A stretch of 64,000 bases of DNA from Squalus acanthias. Lineage: Eukaryota. Within the stretch, counting starts at the first letter, position 1. Every line of letters begins with the position of its first letter. The DNA lies in contig CM059432.1 in the NCBI GenBank assembly GCA_030390025.1, forward strand, positions 138,572,001 to 138,636,000. Reading direction: 5' to 3'. The translations under genes were made by a program, and so were the position numbers. The notes beneath the pieces are model-generated. The model had not been told where the DNA came from, searched no databases, and saw nothing but the letters and a program-made list of their open reading frames with translations. Positions 59,519 through 64,000 of the stretch are shown here, in pieces.

Positions 59519-59641
59519 CCATGTTCCCTCTAAAATTTCATTGTTGTGGGTGGCCAGTTTTTTCATTGCGCGGTACCTTTACATTTTTTGCAGCGTACCT
59601 TCGAGATTGGTGCGCGCCCACGCACCTTAGAGGGAACATTG
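59519..59641. mobile_element. 123-bp hAT-type MITE
   Basis: TIRs ccatgttccctctaa / ttagagggaacattg (14/15); 8-bp flanks ccacctac / ctgcctac. Confidence 0.75.
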
Positions 59642-59721
59642 CTGCCTACCCCATTCCCGTTTGGCAGGGTTAAAATTGGACCTTAGGATTTAAGCAATGA
59701 ATTAGTTTGTATATGGTTATC

Positions 59722-60107
59722 GGAACACAGGAACAGGAGTCGGCCATTTAGCCCCTCGAGCCTGTTTCACCATTCAATGAGATCATGGCTGATCTGTGAC
59801 CTAACTTCATATAGCCGCCTTTGCCCCATATCCCTTAATACCTCTGGTTAATAAAAATCTATCAATCTCAGATTTAAAATTAATAATTGACCCAGCATCA
59901 ATCGTCGTTTGCGGAAGAGAGTTCCAAACGTCTACCATCCTTTGTGTGTAGAAATGTTTCCTAATTTCACACCTGAAAGGTGTGGCTCTAATCTTTAGAC
60001 TATGCTCCCTAGTCCTAGAATCCCCAACCAGCGGAAATAGTTTCTCGCTATCTACCCTATCACTTCTCTTTAATATCTTGAAAACTTCGATCATATCACC
60101 CCTTAAT
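59722..60107 (-). mobile_element. CR1 3' fragment
   Basis: [35 protein letters not shown]; same subfamily as 58450-58999. Confidence 0.9.
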
Positions 60108-60204
60108 TCTGGTTCTGATATAATTTGAGAAAGTTAATGAAATTTTTGTTCCCTTGAACTAAGACATGTTTCACACAATAACAATCTTTTTTCCCCCTTC
60201 ACAA

Positions 60205-60722
60205 TAACCACAACTTGCATTTGTATAGCGCCTTTAATGCAGTGAAAATGTCCCAAGGCGCTTTACAGGAGCGTCATCGGACAAAAATTGACACCGAGCC
60301 ACTTCAAAAGATATTAAGACATTTAGGTGACCAAAAGCTTGGTCAAAGAGTTAGGCTTTAAGGATCGACTTGAAGAAGGAGAGGCGGAGAGATTTAGAGA
60401 GAGAATTCCAGAGCTCAGGGCCGAGGCAGCTGAAGGCACGGCCGCCAATGGTGGGGCGATGGAAATCGGGAGTGCGCAAGATTTTGTACAAACAACATTA
60501 ATCAAGAGGGAAGCTGTGACTGTTTTCTCCTCATCTCCCTTCTGGTTCTTTGGCCAATTGCCTTAAATCTGTGTCCTCTGGTTACCGACCATCCTGCCAT
60601 TGGAAAGCCTCTCCTTGTTTACTCTATCAAAACCATTCATAATTTCTGAACACCTCTATTAAATCTCCCCTTAACCTTCTCTGCTCTAAGGAGAACAATC
60701 CCAGCTTCTCCAGTCTCTCCAC
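60205..60722 (-). mobile_element. Adjacent L2 (60205-60482) and CR1 (60500-60722) 3' fragments
   Basis: L2 tail followed by reverse CR1 ORF2 remnant (EKLGLFSLEQRRLRGDLIEVF). Confidence 0.75.
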
Positions 60723-61106
60723 TGTCAAGGAAACTGCACTGTTCAAGGAGAGTACGAAAGGACCACTGACTCCCAAAGTGCCTATTTTCAGATAGATTCT
60801 GCTTGCATAGCGGAAGATTTTAGTTACTCAGCTGGAAGCACTACAGCTCTTCATGCTGAAAGGGAGGAACGTATAATGGTTGGGCATTGGCAGAGCTGCT
60901 AAGATGGCTTTAGTCTGCAGCTTCATAAAATACTGCAAAGTGGATGCTGCAGGTCACAGGGCCAGCACTTACACTTGAATTTCCCAAGGTGACAATAAGA
61001 TTGAGGATGAGAGAGAATCATTAAAAACAATGGTACTTCTCTGATGGATCAGCTAGTTAATCCACTAGATAGCTGTGCCGTGCATACCAGGAAGGCCTTG
61101 AATCCG

Positions 61107-61423
61107 AGAAAGAAAGAACTTGTATTTATACCGTGCCTTTCACGACCTCAAAACATCCCAAAGCACTTTACACCCAATTAAGTACTTTTAGAAGTGTAGT
61201 CGATGTTGTAATGTAGGAAACGCGGCAGCCAATTTGCGCACAGCAAGCTCCCACAAACAGACAAGATAATCTGTTTTTTATTGGTGTTGGTTGAGGGATA
61301 AATATTGACCAGGATACCGGGGAGAACTCTCCCTGTTCTTCTTCGAAGTAGCGCCATGGGATCCTTTACATCCACCTGAGAGGGCGGAAGGGGCATCGGT
61401 TTAACGTCTCATCCGAAAGACGG
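61107..61423 (-). mobile_element. 5'-truncated DeuSINE
   Basis: Deu core and tail. Confidence 0.8.
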
Positions 61424-61743
61424 AGACTGTCCAGATACTGTCAGGATCTGGGACGACACGTGAGGTTGACCAGCGGCAGCTATTCCCTTGTTTGATGCCT
61501 GAAAACGTTACGACATATTAACCAAGTCACTCATCAACATCTGGGCTTTCACCTTGCCAACAAGTCAGCTACAAAAATTGGTTTTCAACTTGCTTTAACT
61601 TCAAAAACTGTACAGTGGGAGCCAGGAGGAAGACAAAAGGTGAATGAAATATTTTTACAAGTCATCTTTTGGAGCGGGGGGAGGGGGTGGGGGTGGGGAA
61701 AGAGTGTTAAAAAAAATTTAGATTAGAAAGAAAAGATGATTTT

Positions 61744-62033
61744 CATAGAATCATAGAAGATAGGAGCAGGAGTGGGCCATTCAGCCCCTCTATCCTGCTC
61801 CGCCATTCAATGCGATCATGGCTGATCATCCAAATTCAGTACCCTGTCCCTGCTTTCTCCCCATATCCCTTGATCCCTTTAGCCTTAAGAAATATATCCA
61901 ACTCCTTCTTGAATCTATTTAATGAATTGGCCTCTACTGCCTTCTGTGGCAGAGAATTCCACAGGTTCACCACTCTCTGGGTGAAGAAATTCCTCCTCAT
62001 TTCTGTCCTAAATGGCTTACCCCTTATCCTTAG
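61744..62033 (-). mobile_element. CR1 3' fragment
   Basis: (ATAGAATC)-type tail; reverse LRIRGKPFRTEMRRNFFTQRVVNLWNSLP. Confidence 0.88.
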
Positions 62034-62619
62034 AATTTTAACCCCTACTCACTCAGCAGAAACCTGGCGGGTGGAATCGCCCTGGCTCTTACCTGTCTGA
62101 AAACCGCCATGATGGCAACATCTGCAATTTTAACCTGCTCTCCTGAGCCGGCAGCAAGGACACGCGTCCGGAGCCAACACATGGTCCTTCTAACCATAGG
62201 CATGTTGCGGCCCGATGACATCATTGAGACCCGGCTATAATTTTAACTCAGGCCTGAGCGGGGAATCCACCTGGAGTTAAAATCAGGGCCATTCAACAGT
62301 GGGCAAATAAGAACTTAAGAAATAGGAGCAGGAGTAGGCCATTCGGCCCCTCGAGCCTGCTTTGTCCAGTGTAATATTAAATTACACCGACAAGTAGATC
62401 CCAGGTTTAATTCCTGGTCTGTGCTTACGGGGAAAAAAAAATGAAAAGCTTTGCACATATTTTATTGTAAAAAGTACTTACTTATATTGTGCCTAAATTT
62501 CAAGGTGTTTCTTTTCTCTGGGTTTCCCAACACCATGCATCATTCTCTGTAACTGGAAGAATAGAATAGACAGAAGATTTGCTTCCAAGGCCTCTGTTTT
62601 CCCCTTTCCTGTCACGCTC

Positions 62620-62950
62620 ACAACAACAACTTGCATTTATAGAGTGCCTTTAATGTAGTACAACATCCCAAGGCACTTCACAGGAGCGTTATCAGACAAA
62701 ATTTGACACTGAGCCACTTCAAGAGATATTCGGACAGGTGGCCAAAAGCTTGGTCAAAAAGCATCTTAAAGGAGGAGAGGGAGGTAGAGAGACAGAAAGG
62801 TTTCGGGGGGGGGGGGGGTGGAATTCCAGAGCTTAGGGCCGAGGCAGCTAATGGACGCCAATGGTGGAGCGATTAAAATCAGGGATGTGCATGAGGCCAG
62901 AATTGGAGGAGCGCAGAGATCTCGGAGGGTTGTAGGGCTGGAGGAGAGTT
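62620..62950 (-). mobile_element. L2 3' fragment
   Basis: (CAA)n tail and L2 3' UTR. Confidence 0.85.
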
Positions 62951-63174
62951 ACATTTAGACACTTGCCTATTCTTCTGTGCTATAATCCACTTTCACTCCA
63001 GCGCTGAATCCAGCATTGCTGGCTGAGCTTGCAAAGATTTGCGTTTGCACGGCTCTGTAATATCAATAAATTGAAAGTGCCCGCTAGTAACGTAGCTACT
63101 CCCCATACCGTGAGCTCTCGACATCGGTCATGCCATCATGGGGAGAGGCAGAGCGGAGATAAAATTGCAGGGAG

Positions 63175-63330
63175 GGTCATTATCACATTGTTGTTTGTGG
63201 GAACTTGCTGTGCACAAATTGGCTGCTGTGTTTCCTACATTACAACAGTTCAGATGTACTGAATTGGCTGTAAAGCGCTTTGGGACATCCTGAGGTCCTG
63301 AAAGGTGCTATATAAATACAACTTCTTTGT
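63175..63330 (+). mobile_element. DeuSINE 3' fragment
   Basis: ggtcattatcacattgttgtttgtgggaacttgctgtgcac...gctatataaatac. Confidence 0.75.
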
Positions 63331-63809
63331 TTTTTCTTTGATACCTTGCACAATGACACTGTGCTGCCGGGCAGCATTAAGTTGAGACAAGCCAAAACAA
63401 AAGGGAATTGTGGCCAGGTGTGCTTTGGCAAATCCTTCAGCAGGGAGGAGAACACAGCAGATTTGGAATGTACAATTAATCTACGATATAGACTTTTATA
63501 CTTATAAAACAGACCCTCATCTCGAACACCAGCGCGACTATTCCCTGGCACCAAACCAGCTTTCCCCTCTCCGCACGGCACTCTTCCTTCAAGAATGCCT
63601 AGTACGGTAATGCAGTTTAATTTTGGAGGGATGGGACAGATAAATCCCCATTTGCTTAACGCCACAAGTGGGAGCAATGATACGGTAGGATTTTATGATG
63701 CTGTGCCTTTGGCCCAGTGCTGCTGATGATGTGCATTGTAATGAAATGGATGGTGGTTGTTGTTGTTACTGGAAAACGTCACAGAGGTTTGGGCTGAGCA
63801 GATTGTAAG

Positions 63810-64000
63810 GAAAGAGAAGAGGGAGAAGTGAAGGCTGAGGGGTGATCTAATAGACATCTGTAACATTATGAAGGGGTTCGATAGGGTTAGACGTAGAGAA
63901 GATGTTTCCACTTGTGGGGGAGACCAAAACTAGGGGCCATAAATATAAGATAATCACCAATAAATCCAATAGGGAATTCGGGAGAAACTTCTTTACCCAG
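63810..64000 (+). mobile_element. CR1 ORF2 3' fragment running off the window
   Basis: RLRGDLIDICNIMKGFDR...MFPLVGETKTRGHKYKI...NFFTQ. Confidence 0.85.

Noticed and set aside
1..64000. Prokaryotic systems (operons, CRISPR arrays, defence islands)
   Set aside because: Gene-poor, spliced, LINE/SINE-rich vertebrate DNA. No regularly spaced repeat-spacer array or cas-like ORF; recurring repeats are dispersed TE copies.

Overview
This is eukaryotic vertebrate DNA, most likely a cartilaginous fish (shark). That call is inferred from the repeat content: DeuSINE/SacSINE1-like SINEs, CR1 and L2 LINE 3' fragments, Penelope-like elements and Harbinger elements. Only one host coding exon is supported: the large terminal exon of prostaglandin reductase 3 (PTGR3/ZADH2), 28063-28987 (+), preceded by a canonical splice acceptor. 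Exon 1 was not found, so the first 28 kb is probably intron. The rest is nested transposable elements interleaved with repeat-free AT-rich blocks that may be conserved non-coding elements. Main observations: (i) several Penelope-like element ends carry minimal hammerhead-ribozyme cores (CUGANGA-stem II-GAAA-palindrome); (ii) multiple PIF/Harbinger-like elements and MITEs have readable TIRs and A-rich 3-bp TSDs, and one retains a spliceable Myb/SANT-like gene and sits in a three-level nest (CR1 > Penelope-like end > Harbinger); (iii) the PTGR3 protein ends in -ANM rather than the -SKL of the human protein; (iv) two SINE/LINE tail-sharing pairs are visible. Repeat boundaries were read by eye and are approximate unless a TIR or TSD is quoted. 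No database searches were run.
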